Below are positions 1-11,764 of a stretch of 18,935 bases of DNA, piece after piece. A program made the position numbers and the translations under genes. How positions within the stretch are numbered: the stretch's first letter is position 1; each line of letters begins with the position of its first letter. The DNA lies in the NCBI GenBank assembly GCA_964035545.1, contig CAXIUT010000084.1, positions 1 through 18,935 of the forward strand. Direction: 5' to 3'. Below the pieces are notes generated by a model, which saw only the letters and a list, made by a program, of their open reading frames with translations, searched no databases and was not told where the DNA came from. Source of the stretch: Bugula neritina (lineage: Eukaryota; Animalia; Bryozoa).

Positions 1-87
1 CCCAACCCCAACCCCAACCCCAACCCCAACCCCAACCCCAACCCCAACCCCAACCCCAACCCCAACCCCAACCCCAACCCCAACCCC
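1..87 (+). repeat. Left telomere, CCC(AACCCC)14
   Basis: Perfect C4A2 hexamer array at the window start, followed by AT-rich subtelomere; C4A2/T2G4 is the Tetrahymena-type ciliate telomere repeat. Confidence 0.98.
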
Positions 88-155
88 ATTTATTGAATAA
101 ATAATATATTTAATCAGATAGTGAACTTCAATTTAATAATAACTAATATTAAACT

Positions 156-1966
156 ATGAACATAGAAGAAAATAAAAAATATATCAGAGATAACATCTCA
201 GAATCCTAACAACCCGTCTTCTACGACTACTTCCTCCAACTAGAATAACATTAAAATTTCAATACCTGGAACAAATAAAAAACAATCAAAGTAAATACCA
301 TAATATGCAGGTTGTAGAGTAGTTCAAAGCTAGAGGAATAAAAAAATAATAAAAATAAAGATAAACATATAAAACAAACAAAGTAGAAGATAAAATAGCA
401 ATGACTAAATCTTTGGATCTTAATGATATTCATAAACAATAAAATAGTGAGTTTTTTCAGTCCAAAGAGAACAAATCAGCAATGGCATTACTACAATAAA
501 TAGAGTCCACTTTTTAAATACATAAACCTAATTCCAATATTACCAAAAATAATAACATATGGCTCAATTTTCAAACCAATAATTATAAAAAATAGTAATA
601 AAAATCTAATGATCTCTTCTAAAATTTTGATAGCTTCATCATGGACAAATCTTTCTAATTCAAAAACTAAAAATAATAAACCTGCAAAACTCCAGAACCA
701 AATAAATAAACCTGTAATACTCCAGAAACAAAGAAATAAACTTCATTGAAATGTTCACAAAGTTTAAAAACATCTCTTTAACAAAAACCCTAAAAACCCT
801 AAAAACAATCGCCTAAATCTACCAACTAAAACATCAAAAAAAAAACATCTAACTCAGACAAACTATTCAAAACAAAGCTATCAGAATAAATTCCATGTAA
901 AAAATTATAACAAAAAAAATTACCATAAAAAATATCAATAAAAACACACTAAATAGTCCATAGAACACTGCTTCCAGACTACGCAATTTATCATATAAAA
1001 ATTATGCCATAAAATATAGTTCTAAAACGAACTTATGATGATTTTATGTAACTAAGTTTAACATTAACAAAGTTATATCCAGGTGTAAAGGTGCCAATAA
1101 TCGATAGCAGCAGTTGGTTTTCCTAGAGTGATGTATAGCAAATCAACAGTAATAAATTAAGTTTATAATTAATGATCAAAGATATGATCGGACATCCAGT
1201 ATTAAGCAAATCGTAAATATTGAAACAATTTTTAAGTATAGTTTAACAAAAAAACATATAAAAAGTTATAGAATAATATCATAAAATACCATAAAAATGT
1301 AGACTATCATAGTTGTCAAATGATACAGGAATACTAAAAATAAATTTATCATAGTAACATTATAAAATAGTATAATTGTTACCCAAATGGCGTAAAACCT
1401 TTGAAAATTACTATGATAAATATATCGATCTAACATCTAACCTTGCCTCGCAATATGAATCAATCAGATTGACTTTCACACAACTTAGTCAATTGATAAA
1501 CGACATGCAAATAAAATTGAAAAACACGCCTGATTTTAAGCAGATAATAAGTAGTTACGAAGAGATGGATGAGTTACTATAAAGTCAGAAATAATACTAC
1601 AAAAATAAGAAGGGATAAATATAGACAAATATCCATTATTTAAAAAACAAATACAGAACACTACTTAAATATTAGAAACTAAATATAAAATCGTTTTAGC
1701 CATTGATATAATCAGTTCAGTAGCTAACCTAAAGATATATTCGAAGGCTATAAAACTAACCATAATCCCCTTCATCATAAAGACTATCAAATGCCGATAT
1801 AAATCTTAAATTTAGTGATGATATTTGGCACTAAAGTGATAATTTGGGCCTGTTCAAGTATCAAGTTGGATTTTTGAATTCACAAGTACTCAAATAAGTG
1901 CAACTGTTCAATCAAAAATTAAAAGGGAATGTCAAGTAGATGTGGGATATGCTATTCAAAGAGTGA
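156..1966 (+). CDS. PX-domain sorting nexin-like protein (~596 aa), one 20-nt intron (291-310)
   Basis: With TAR=Glu it reads MNIEENKKYIRDNISE...WNKEKTIK|VVEEFK, then a low-complexity linker, the PX motif YHIKIMPENIVLKRTYDDFMELSLTLTKLYPGVKVPII...HPVLSKSEILKQFLS, and a helical/coiled C-terminus; ends TGA 1964-1966. Confidence 0.85.
674..741 (+). repeat. Two imperfect 30-nt tandem repeats inside the sorting-nexin linker (ETCKTPEPNK / ETCNTPETKK)
   Basis: taaacctgcaaaactccagaaccaaataaa followed by taaacctgtaatactccagaaacaaagaaa. Confidence 0.7.
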
Positions 1967-2047
1967 TATGTCTGATCTAGTATATTTAATTAAGAAAAAA
2001 GGAAATATTAATATTATTAATAGTCAATAGGTAGTTATATTTGGTAA

Positions 2048-5000
2048 TCACAAACTCTACACCTTCCTTATTTTGTCCACCATTTCCTCTAACACAGAAT
2101 TCCTCACCTTCTGGTTCAACTACTTATACTCTTAAGTAAATTCAGACAACACGATCTTCTCGCCGGCCAAAGACTTCTTAAAATTGATATTAATCCTAAA
2201 AATAACAATAAACGTACTTTTTAAACAACTCGATTTATCTTTAGGAATCAGGGACTTGAATAGTTTATTCTGGATAGACAAAAAGATCTCTAGCCATTCG
2301 ATGATAACTTTTGAAAGGCAACCTGGTAGCAAATCCAGTTTTATAATATCCTCTCTCTTTACCATTAAACTTATTTTATTCAGTATCAAGTTACTACTCT
2401 CGACCTTCAGTACGATCCATATAATCCAGAAAGATTTCTTATGAAATATTCAAATTATTCACCTTCTTAAGAGCCTATGCATTTTTTATACCACGCTTGA
2501 ATCTTGTATACTAAATATCACTTATCTATGGTTGCGATAGACTCAGTTCTTGATCTGTTTTGTTTTTGAATATGTTTCTAACCAGAAAGATCTCTTCTGT
2601 TAGCTTGTTTATCAATGATTTCCTTATAGATTATGACTACAATTTTTTAACAAATTATTTATCATATAAATATAGCTATCCCTTAGTTAGTTTTCTTTAT
2701 ACTGTTTCTCTTTCACTCAATAGCTGTTCAACTACTGCTTTAACTTCCTTTCTTACCCACTATTTATCACTGATTGAACTAATCATACCTTTTGCGTCCT
2801 AATTACATTGTTTTTAATCTGGATTGACAAATTCTTAAGGAATAAAATTGTATTTCCCACACAACTAGTGTATAATTTTCTAAAACTGCATCATATAATA
2901 AATATAATTTTGCACAAGCTGTTTAGTAGGTTTATTAGATTTGAAATTCTGATGGAAATATACCTGCATCGCTCCATCCATCTCCTAAAAGTACAACTAA
3001 CTCTTCTTATTAAAAATATCACTTGATGTTTTCTTACTCTATCTAGTTACATACTCATTAAGAAATTGAGGCTATGATATATAGTGGTTACCCAAATATC
3101 GGTCATAGATTTTTTTACGATCTTTAGCGATCAACAGCATCAACCCTTCAAAACTATACGGCAACTAATATTCCTCAGCATATTCATAGTGCAGTTTGAT
3201 ACGATTGATGAAATCGACTAGCTTACTTTGCGGCGATTTGATATGTTGTTTGGCATTGCTATGCATATCAACTAGAAAGTATAAAAACTTAACCAATTCT
3301 TTATTAACCAATTTATAACTAAATTACTATCCATTATATGAAAAATCTATATTATACCGCTCCAAAAATATCTAATTAGCCTACACTGCATCTCTCTCAA
3401 ATTACTACAACAACTGCAACTCGTTCAACATGTCCTTCACAAATAGTATTTGCAAATAACTGACGATATACTACACATCATGTTTCAAAAATTATGTATA
3501 GGAATGAGCCATGTCATGGTTAATCCATTTATCTAGCACTCCCAACTACTATTAGACCAAGATCTCATGCTTGTTTTTTATGTTATATGATGATGTAAAT
3601 TAACGGATAGTGCTATCGAGAACTGAAAGAAAAGTGCGACGGAATATACCAGGAATAGTTGACTACTTGAAATAATAAGGAAATAATTATCTCATTCGCT
3701 ACTACTATTGGATCTTATATACATTAGAAAATATATTTCTCTGATTCAATTTTTATCTGTTCTTCTCGACTTAAGATAACTTGCTCATTCTCTGCTCTCG
3801 AGCACTCGTTACCTCTTTTTTCATTTATATTCCGAATTAGACAAAACTTTATCCATTGTCTTTGTTGTAGTTTAATAAATCGTAGAAGTTTTAGTAAGTC
3901 CAGCCAAGATAACCAGCCAGATCTTATGAAGTTTATGAAGATTGCAGAATAAGCTATCTGTAGGTATATGCTTGAGCCCACAGTTAGGGCTTTTAATTGT
4001 ACCAAAATTTGATTTTTTACCACATTTATTATTAATTTTTCTAAAAAGCAAACCTCTAATCAGGAGTTCCATAATATTTAGGCATATAATTTCTTCTAAA
4101 CTTATTTTTAAAAGTACTATCCATTGATTTTCCATTAGCAATTCCATTATATATTTATTTAAACCCTTCTCCCTAAGATAAATTATAATTTTCAGAACTG
4201 TAAAGATCTTTACCCTCTTTATCAAAATATATCAAACCATTATAATCTTGTTTATTTCTCATATTCATTTAATATTCATAGCCTTGGTAGAGTAAATTGT
4301 TCAAGATTATGTCTTTTACTTTCTTGAAGAGTGATAATTTGTTCTATAGACCGATATAATCTGCTGTTTTTGAGGCAAATGTATCAAATCTCTTCTAAAA
4401 TTTTGTTTTGAATATTGAAGTCAATTCCTCTTGAATCATTTTTTATAAAGTTTTTTTATCAACTGTTTCTAGATATCCTTCTTTTTCTTTAAGATATTTT
4501 TATAAAAGACTATCATGATTAGCCAAATATTACAGCCTTACTTTAATTCTATTTTTCTATTTCTATACCTACAACTTCTCATAAACTTTCTTCCTCAAAA
4601 TATCAACATCAAAAACCTTACTTTTGTAGTTAATCTTAGTCTGATTCAAAAATCTTTTAACCTCCATCGTTTGCTCAGTTGACTGCTTATCTATAAACTA
4701 GTCACAATTCAAATAACAACGTACTGAATCAGGTATCTAGCGATAGTAATCATGGGCAGGGAGAAGAGCTTGATGAGCTACATCATGTTCTAATTTGTAG
4801 TCTCCAGTTATATTTGTCAAAAATTAATTTATTACTTATTATGGAATTTATGATGCCTTTTTTGAACTGAATTGGTTGACAAATGCATAATGACTACTGT
4901 TTTTATAAACTTTAAGTTATACCTAACTCTGTTCAGCAAGTCTACGAGCTACAGCATACTAAAGTTATAAACATTATATCCAAGAAGTATTTTAAGCTCT

Positions 5001-6231
5001 TTTTAATAGTTAAAAAGTCAATCTCAAGGCTAAAGGATCAGCTTTCTCCATTTTTCTTAAAGCTTTCTTAGCCCATTTAGCATTTTATTATTTCAGCGCC
5101 TGCATAATTTATTAAACAGATTTTTTACCAAATATATAGTCAATTCTACCTATATCAATTCTTTTCATTTATATGGATTTAATATCAAATGAATTAACTA
5201 ATCCCTCTTCTTATAAATACTTCAAAGGTCGATCTAACCTCATCTAAAAATAATTATTTATAGTTCTTCCACTTTGATCTTCAGAAAAACTATTAAAAGG
5301 ATTAATAGCATTATAGTAGTCCACAGAAGCAGCCAATTTTTGATTAACAGCAAATTTAAGATTGACATTTTTTACATTTTATGTCAATAACTATCTTTGA
5401 TAATATTTTAACTCTGAACGATATTTATCTTTATTTTATTCTACTTTTATCTTCTACTAATTTTACAACAAAGAATCATCCTCATCGAAATCCATATACC
5501 TAAATTTCTATCTAAAATATAAATTAGCCTCATGAAACCCTTTTCTTATTCTACTATTGCTCACTCCCTGATTAATCATCCCCTTCAGAAACCCCAACTC
5601 AGCCATTTCCTCTTCATTAAACTCATCACCCACCAAAGCCATATAGTATCCTATCTTCAGAGGCAATCTAGCCAAGCGATGAGAACCACCCATAATAGGC
5701 ACCATCCCTCTCGAACACTCATCACATTTCATAAAAACAGAATCTCTAGATAGAGGCATACTCATCATGGACAACAAATAAACAGCAGCTCCCTTCACTG
5801 CTCCAGATATTTACCCGAATATTGGCTTATTAAACCTAGCCATCAAAATGGCCAACTTCATCAACTTATCCAAATAGACCTTATCCTCTCCCAGTCGTTT
5901 GTAATCAACTCCACAACTGAATACTCTATCTTTGGACTACATCCATACATTTTCAACAGTATTGTCGAATTGATATCCAAGCAAAAATCTATACATCTCA
6001 TCAGAAAACTCTTCACTCAATATCTACATCACGAATCAAGTACATTCCCATTACTTGGCTGGTTCAAGATAAAAGCTCCAAGCTTTCGCTCCCTTATTCC
6101 CAATATCGGATACTAAATCAGTCCACAAATACAAAATCTATTTTGCGAAGGGTTTTGATTCCTGAAGGCCTGAAGTCTGTCCTGGAAGGTGATATAGAAA
6201 AACGAAGCAAACGAGTGCACAAACGAATCAT
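2048..6231 (-). CDS. Giant (~1373 aa) mitochondrial crotonase-fold protein, 3-hydroxyisobutyryl-CoA hydrolase (HIBCH/mS47)-like N-terminal part plus a long helical extension; introns 6113-6132, 6024-6043, 2196-2217
   Basis: N-terminus MIRLCTRLLRFSISPSR resembles a mitochondrial presequence. HIBCH-like motifs: GAFILNQPSNGNIL, VFSCGVD, FNKPIFGEISGAVKGAAV, CDECSRGMVPIMGGSHRLARLPLKIGYYMALVG, IDYIFGKKSVEEIMQAL, ADPLALRLTF, ECLELEY. Continuous frame to TGA at 2048-2050. Confidence 0.85.
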
Positions 6232-6301
6232 TTACTATTATTACCATTCATTCGTAACATCAAAAAACTAAATATAGACGATATTTATGAATAATTCCAG
6301 A

Positions 6302-6687
6302 TCATTTCTCATAGCTAAGAGTCTCCTACAACTCGCTCATCTTGCTGATTGCCTCGAAGCCTTCAATTATCGATAGATTGGGGTAAAGAACTTCTTTTGG
6401 AATATTATTTTAGTAAATCTCAGATAAGATAAGGAGTACTGTGTGGGCTATTGGTCTTTCTGCGTGTCCGATGATTTCGTCCATGGTGTGCCAGTTGTCA
6501 AAAGCAACCAGAGTCATAGCTGTCACACAAACATAGATCAATGGACGTTGCCATCGTATTTATCCTTGATTATGCATGTAAAAATCAGTGTTGATACTGC
6601 CAGCTGAGTTGGAAAATAAGTACAGCGAGCGGTTATATCAGCATATTTGCGGATAGGAAATTGTTTCATAAAAACACGACTGAACAT
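6302..6687 (-). CDS. Small (~121 aa) probable mitochondrial single-pass membrane protein, unknown function; 20-nt intron 6604-6623
   Basis: Presequence-like start MFSRVFMKQFPIRKY, hydrophobic stretch PLIYVCVTAMTLVAF, open frame to TGA after removing a GT..CAG 20-mer. Confidence 0.7.
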
Positions 6688-6810
6688 TAGGTTTATTAGA
6701 TTATGATAATAAAGGAATAAATCTAAATTTTGATAAACAACTATTCAATTATTGGTATTTAGTTATTGAGTCATTTTATCAATTCAAAAATCTAAAATTT
6801 AAATTATAAA

Positions 6811-8290
6811 ATGATTCCTCTCATCATTATTTGCCTCCTTCTGCCTCATATCCACGCCACCTCCAAGACTCTCTCACAAGGTACACTCCACTTCACTCAG
6901 ACTGCTACTGCGATGTCTCAAACACCTGCGATACTCACTGCTGTTGCGATTCATAATGTTCTTCTGAAGCAATCTAACTCTGGAACAAATATAGTCAATG
7001 CGCAAGCGATGGATTCGCCATTCCTTTCTGCACAACTTTTGCCAACAAACCCATCCACATCCACGAACTCAGCCAAGGACTTAGAATTATCTTCACAGTA
7101 CAATTATTAATACCAAGGTCATCCAAAGACTCTTCTGCATCTCGAGAGTCAACTTCGCAACTCCCTCAGATTAGTATAAAACAACATCAACAGCATAATA
7201 AATACCATCAATTCCATCCTCTCAACCAGCAATCAACCCATATGTCTTATCTCTGACTCGAATAATCGCATACCCAGCACTCCCACAAAAAGATAGCATG
7301 GGACGATGCCAATAGACAACAATCAGATAAATGAACAACATCGAAAGCCATAAATGCAAAGTACACGTAACATCATCCACTTCAGTCAATCTACTCAACC
7401 CTTCAGCTTTTGCCACAGCCAATAGTCTAGATAGCTCATTACTTAAAATATATACACTTGACGATAACGGATTAACTTCAGGTCAAACTGCCAATTCTAT
7501 CACCAACCCATCATCTTTCGCATGCACGGTATCATCAACAGCCAGCTAATGCTACGTCATCAAACAAATCAAACTCTTCTTCATCAAAGGAACATCCACA
7601 ACCATCGACTACGATTCGTCCTATCTGACAGTTGCTAAAACCTATATCAAAGATCCTTCATATATCACAATATAGTATAGCTATCACTTCATGGCAGCCA
7701 GCCTATCATTTCCACATCCTTCAGTCCAAGGCTACCAAATAGGAACACCCATTAATCTACTTCTTTAACAAATCACCAATACTACCACCTATACGAAAAT
7801 ATTCAATCCCATCAATCTCGCCTTCAAAAAACTTGATGGAACCTGCAGAACTACCACAACTGATGTCTCTGATCCAACCAATCTCGTTCATCTCAAATTT
7901 GGTGTCAATAGTGTCTTTAGGTGTATCGGCGGATCTTCACTTATCGCAGCTAATATCATAGCGACCTTCAATAAAATTGGATCTTTTGGCATCTCCAGCT
8001 CTAAAATTAGTGACTACATCACACTAACTACGCCTACCTCACCAATAACTCCAAATGAAAATGTACAACTGGTCTTCTTCTATTTGACTATCGGCACCAA
8101 CACCAATCCTCAATATCAAATAATACAAGCATAAATAAAAGGAATATCGAAATCAGCCGTATCCTAGCCTTCTTCTCTTTTTGTCTAGTATGAATCCATT
8201 TCGTCTAGTACCTTTATAAACATACCTTCGCCACCAGTAATCGATCTCTTTCTTCCTGATGACTTCCTCTATCCCTTCTATGTAGCCTGA
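6811..8290 (+). CDS. TCTN1: Tectonic family ciliary transition-zone protein (~479 aa, TCTN1-like, no C-terminal TM seen); introns 6881-6900, 7098-7117
   Basis: Signal peptide MIPLIIICLLLPHIHA; Cys-rich signature CYCDVSNTCDTHCCCDSEC; GYQIGTP; C-terminal PSPPVIDLFLPDDFLYPF; TGA 8288-8290. Confidence 0.9.
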
Positions 8291-8371
8291 TTCTGCATTT
8301 CTTAATTTATATTTAAATAAGCATGTAATAAGTTGTTAAATGGCAATGATTAGTAGTATTCAAATCATAAA

Positions 8372-9287
8372 TCACGGAGCTTACTTGTGTATAAATTTCT
8401 TTATATTCATTTGCTAGTATTCTTTTTTACTTATATAGTGACCAAATTCACTAGGAAGTAAGTAGTTTCCGGGACCAGGAGCTATATTATTGATTATTTA
8501 CTTTTACAACGATTGGCAAATGTAGTCCTCACTGAATGTCCAAAAGTTCTGACCTTTGAACTCTGCAAATTAGAAATTGAATATTTTCCTGATTTAGATA
8601 TCTCAGTCTTTGAGGTATCGTAGTTGCCAGGTCCTGGATTTTCACTTGGCTATTTTTTAAATCTCTAGCCTCCACTAGTAAAGTTTATAGCCTTATGATT
8701 GTGAAATTTAGAGTTAAAAACATGACCTCCCTCTTTAAATAGTCCTTTCTATTCATCTAAATTAACAAAAAATTGCATGTGCCAGGACCAGGGACCTTTT
8801 AAGCTTCAGGTTGTGGTGGTGTTATCTTGCTTCTAAGAGAGTAACCTATTTTGGGTACCTTCTTCATTGGTTCATAAGCTCCAGGACCAGGATTTTTATT
8901 GTTGATGGTTTAGGCTAGAGGTCCAGTGAGAGTCATTTAATCTCTTCCTTCTCCAAAGCAAAATCCTTTATTTTGTTTTTATTTTCCTTCGAAAGAATCA
9001 GGGATGCTATATGAATTAGGAGGAGGACTAACAGGCAAGCTAAATAGCAAGATATTTACTCTTTAGTGAAGTCATATTTGTTTCCATATCCAAAGCTAGT
9101 AGCTCTTTTCGAATTTTTTCCTTTGAGTTAATAGAAAATTTGTGATCTAATTTGAGAAGAAATGATACTTATTTTCTTTTTCAGTATTGAAGCGTCTTGA
9201 TTTAGAGAATGAAAAAGCCATCTTTGCTTGTGAGCGATTGGTTGGGGCATCACAGATAGATTTCCAATTTGATAAGGTCACTGACAT
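8372..9287 (-). CDS. Sperm-tail PG-rich (STPG/SHIPPO/ODF3-like) PGPGxY repeat protein (~277 aa); introns 9147-9168, 9040-9059, 8757-8776 (GC-AG), 8482-8501
   Basis: Repeats SPPPNSY, NPGPGAY, VPGPGTY, NPGPGNY, TPGPGNY separated by FSFSKSRRF / TSFGYGNK / FCFGEGR / TFGHSVR spacers; ends TGA 8372-8374. Confidence 0.88.
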
Positions 9288-9701
9288 TCTTCTTATCGAA
9301 TATTATTAAACAGAATATAGAAGAATCTTCTCTTATTTTTCATCTTTAATTAATATAAAATACAACTTCTTGAACCTGAAAATGAAGAAAAAAAGAAAAA
9401 GATATCATAATATATCAATAGATTTTTTAATCGAAATATTGGTCTTCAATGCATTAACTATTTATTATTGAATAAAAGAAGTATAAAATGGTTGATTTAT
9501 ATTTGTTTTTAAATAAATACTCCTGCTATCCAATGAGATAGATCCATATCAGCTAAATAACCCTAAAATAAAGCATGTATTTGATATTTTTCTCTCTACC
9601 ATTCGAAATAAATAATATTCCTTCTAAAATTTAAAAACAGGTAAGAACTATAACCTTTAAGGGCTGCATAAAGTAAAAAAAAGCTGATAAAAAGAAGTAA
9701 A

Positions 9702-10210
9702 TCACTGCACTTAAGTATGATTTTAATCTCCTCTATGTTTCAGCTTCAAATGGTACTTCAAAGATGTCCCAGAACCATAAACCTTAAGACATATCGAACA
9801 CTATATCAAATAAATAACTACTTTGTAATCTCGAACAAGGTCACGAAATTTTCTTCTATTTTTCTTTTTCACTCCTGAACAGTTTACTACCTATCTACTT
9901 TCTCCACTCTCTTATTTTTTCGAAAGCCATTGAACTCTTTCCTCCAGTATCATAACTCTACGACTCAATTCTGCTATTATGTTTTAATCATGACTGGTAT
10001 TACCGACTCCCGATTCTAGATCAAGAGGATCGAGCTATGTTTCTAAGACATGATGAACATACCTTTGAATCCTGAAGAACGGTACTCTGAACTATCTTGC
10101 TTTGAGACAGTTTTATGTTGTCGATTGTCTGTGAGGAGGATAACTCCTTTAAGTTTAAGTTTAGAGTTGGAAGGAGAAGCAGGACTGATTTCTGCGTCTT
10201 AAAATTTCAT
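9702..10210 (-). CDS. Small C2H2 zinc-finger protein (~155 aa) with coiled coil and basic patch; introns 10043-10062, 9801-9821
   Basis: IIAELSRRVMILEERVQWL, then KKKNRRKFRDLVRDYK|CSICLKVYGSGTSLKYHLKLKH; TGA 9702-9704. Confidence 0.8.
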
Positions 10211-10325
10211 CTTAGAGTTCCAAATATAATCGAATAAAACAAATAAACTCTAATATAACCCATAGCTGAACCTTTTTAGACTTAAATATATCTCTTTATT
10301 TATCAAAGAATAAAGAAGCAAAAGA

Positions 10326-10928
10326 TCACACAAATTTATGATTAAACCTAAAACTCAAAAACTATTTAACCTCATCTTCCGGCACCATCTCCCTTATATT
10401 CTATAACTTAATTTCCCCTCGAGTTCCATAGCGAATCAAAGTCTAAGTAATCAACTTAGAATAATCTTCTTAGTGCATTCCATTTTGATAATATAATAGT
10501 CGATATATTTTACCCAAATCTCCAGAATCGATCTTCATATTCTTATCACAATCGTACAATCGAAAGATATATTTGTACTTAGTTTATATTTATGTTCTCA
10601 CATGAAATACAGAAAGTAAATATAGAAATAATTCAAAATTTATTCTCTTAGCTTTTGTCTTCTTCATCTACTCTTCAAAAACATCTTTTAAACGATTAAA
10701 TAAAGGATGCTATCGTAATATTGAAATCTACTCAAAATCTTTTATCTAAATCGATTTCACATTCTTCTTATCTAGTACTCCAAATAACTACTATAAATAT
10801 GATAGCTCTTTTATTGTGTAAGGATCCACCTCACTTGTCTTGTCCTTCGATAACTATGTCTCATAACGTGTCCACTCGCTTACTGTATTATCAGATTGCT
10901 TGCCCTCGTCACCTTGAGAAGCTCCCAT
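10326..10928 (-). CDS. Calcineurin B/CHP-like N-myristoylated EF-hand protein (200 aa), intronless
   Basis: MGASQ myristoylation motif; ELSYLEELFGVLD, HPLFNRL, INFELFLYLLSVFH, TKYKYIFRLYDCDKNMKIDSGDL match the CNB/CHP pattern. Only the third EF loop looks near-canonical. Confidence 0.85.
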
Positions 10929-10949
10929 CTTTTAAATATTATAATTTAG
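10929..10949. promoter_or_regulatory. 21-bp AT-rich spacer between two divergent start codons (putative minimal bidirectional promoter/5' UTR region)
   Basis: CAT|cttttaaatattataatttag|ATG; both flanking ORFs begin with family-typical N-termini. Confidence 0.55.
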
Positions 10950-11732
10950 ATGAATTTAATAGGAAAAAAAGTTTTAGTCCTTGGAGGCAATGGATACCTT
11001 GGCAACCACTTTGCCTCTCGATTTGTACAACAACAAGCTTCAGTCATTGCTCTAAGTAGGTACTTAATATGGGAGATAGATCTGGACCAAGACACAAATA
11101 TCCTGAAAACGATTCTATTCAATGGCTAAAAGGAAATATCATGGAACCTGAATCTATCAAAAAGTAAATCAACAGCGTCGATATAATTGTCCACGCCATT
11201 GGCACTCTTTTCGACACTTCTGTTTTAAAAAATACTCCTCCAGGTGGATTAGGCACATACTAACAAATGAACAGAGATACCTTATCTTCATTACTTTAGG
11301 TGCTCTAGAGTTCAAAAAAGATAATCTATGTATCTTCTGCAGCTCACCCACCTTTTCTTTCTAGATATCTTCAAACAAAACACTAGGCATAAGACATCCT
11401 TATGAAGAGTCCTCATGAAGGCTACAGTGTTCGACCTGGATTTATCTACAGTTGGAAATACCGATGGTGGAGTCTACCAATAAAGTGGTAAATCTAGCTA
11501 TGGAATAAGATATATCCAATATTCTAATCAAAAGTATATATATTATAACTAGACTTCAAAATAGAGCAAGATAGGATCAATATTAAGATAGTTCAAACAA
11601 GGATAAAATATATCTCTTAAAGCATTGGGCAACTCGATCTTATAACTAAGCGCAAATGGCAGTCAAAATAAAATAAACGAAGTCCCAGATCTCTAAAATC
11701 TAAGTCTAAAATTTATAAACTAGCACCCTTGA
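10950..11732 (+). CDS. Atypical SDR / NAD(P)-binding Rossmann protein, COQ11 (YLR290C)/NDUFA9-like (~247 aa); introns 11060-11079, 11534-11552
   Basis: KVLVLGGNGYLG, ALSR|SG, IVHAIGTLFD, GTYEQMNRD, IYVSSA, RYLQTKHEAE, VRPGFIY; TGA 11730-11732. Confidence 0.85.
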
Positions 11733-11764
11733 TTCTTAAAAAAACCTATAAAAATCAATATAAA

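Noticed and set aside
783-806. aaaaaccct tandem, superficially telomere-like
   Set aside because: 9-nt unit encoding KPEKPEK inside an intact ORF; does not match C4A2.
9488-10075. Long plus-strand ATG-to-TGA frame overlapping the zinc-finger gene
   Set aside because: Long frames arise easily with one stop codon; there is no motif and it is largely antisense to a well-supported gene.
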